Assembly: GCA_965235115.1 (NCBI GenBank)
Contig: OZ249437.1
Location: forward strand, 14,508,001 to 14,572,000
Length of the DNA: 64,000 nt
Direction of reading: 5' to 3'
From: Laetmonice hystrix
Lineage: Eukaryota
The translations under genes were made by a program, and so were the position numbers. This document shows positions 63,602 through 64,000 of this stretch, one piece after another; the stretch's first letter is position 1, and each line of letters opens with the position of its first letter. The notes beneath the pieces are model-generated. The model saw only the letters and a program-made list of their open reading frames with translations, did no database searches and was not told where the DNA came from.

Positions 63602-64000
63602 TTAATAATAGACGCAAGGTTTTGATATAAAACAGCGTTACTCAAGCAAACTAGCCTCACTCGGTCTCGTTGTCGGGCCGAATTTCTTAACCAGAAAATT
63701 TGCGCAACGAACGGCGTCCGACGTACGACGTCACCTCGTTCTCGGTATCGATCTCGATCGGGGCGGATCTAACCTACGGAGGGCATTCATGAGTTTGCTA
63801 TATTGTGCTGCCATCTGGCGCCAAAGTGTGTTGTTGAAAACCAGGCTCGATCGGCTCCAGGAAAGTAGGCCCTACTGAGGTAAAAACTTGTTCAATTTTT
63901 ACCCCCGCCTACCAACTCGCGTGAGAATCATGCATTCAGTGGGTAGAATGAATAAAGACGAATAGGCCTACTTTTAAAAAAGCAAAACGTTAGGCCTAGG

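Noticed and set aside
1-64000. tRNA, rRNA and SINE search
   Set aside because: Isolated GGTTCG-like hexamers were seen, but no paired A/B boxes, cloverleaf or rRNA-like sequence.

Overview
Eukaryotic, intron-rich invertebrate DNA; a lophotrochozoan, possibly an annelid, is inferred from the gene architecture. One intact gene can be assembled by hand on the minus strand. It has 7 coding exons (45727-45835, 29764-30048, 23927-24331, 20824-20973, 18657-18710, 18335-18422, 17293-17587; 1386 nt, 461 aa) with canonical GT-AG sites and compatible phases. It encodes a type-I membrane protein: signal peptide, SUEL/Gal-lectin, CUB-like domain, short Sushi/CCP-like domain, TM helix, and a Tyr-motif tail ending HIYESPQFS. 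The rest is repeat-rich intron and intergenic DNA. It holds a 5'-truncated CR1/L2-type LINE (40022-41350), two inverted copies of a TTAA-flanked Kolobok-like non-autonomous element, and several hairpin MITEs. One MITE abuts a foldback-like element with tandem-subrepeat arms at a shared CTG. There are six unrelated minisatellites (17, 41, 44, 52, 65, ~69 bp), many heavily decayed Gypsy pol relics, and low-confidence relics of GPCR, Cys-loop and voltage-gated channel genes. No RNA genes or CRISPR arrays were supportable. Relic calls rest on by-eye motif recognition across frameshifts and need a frameshift-aware homology search.
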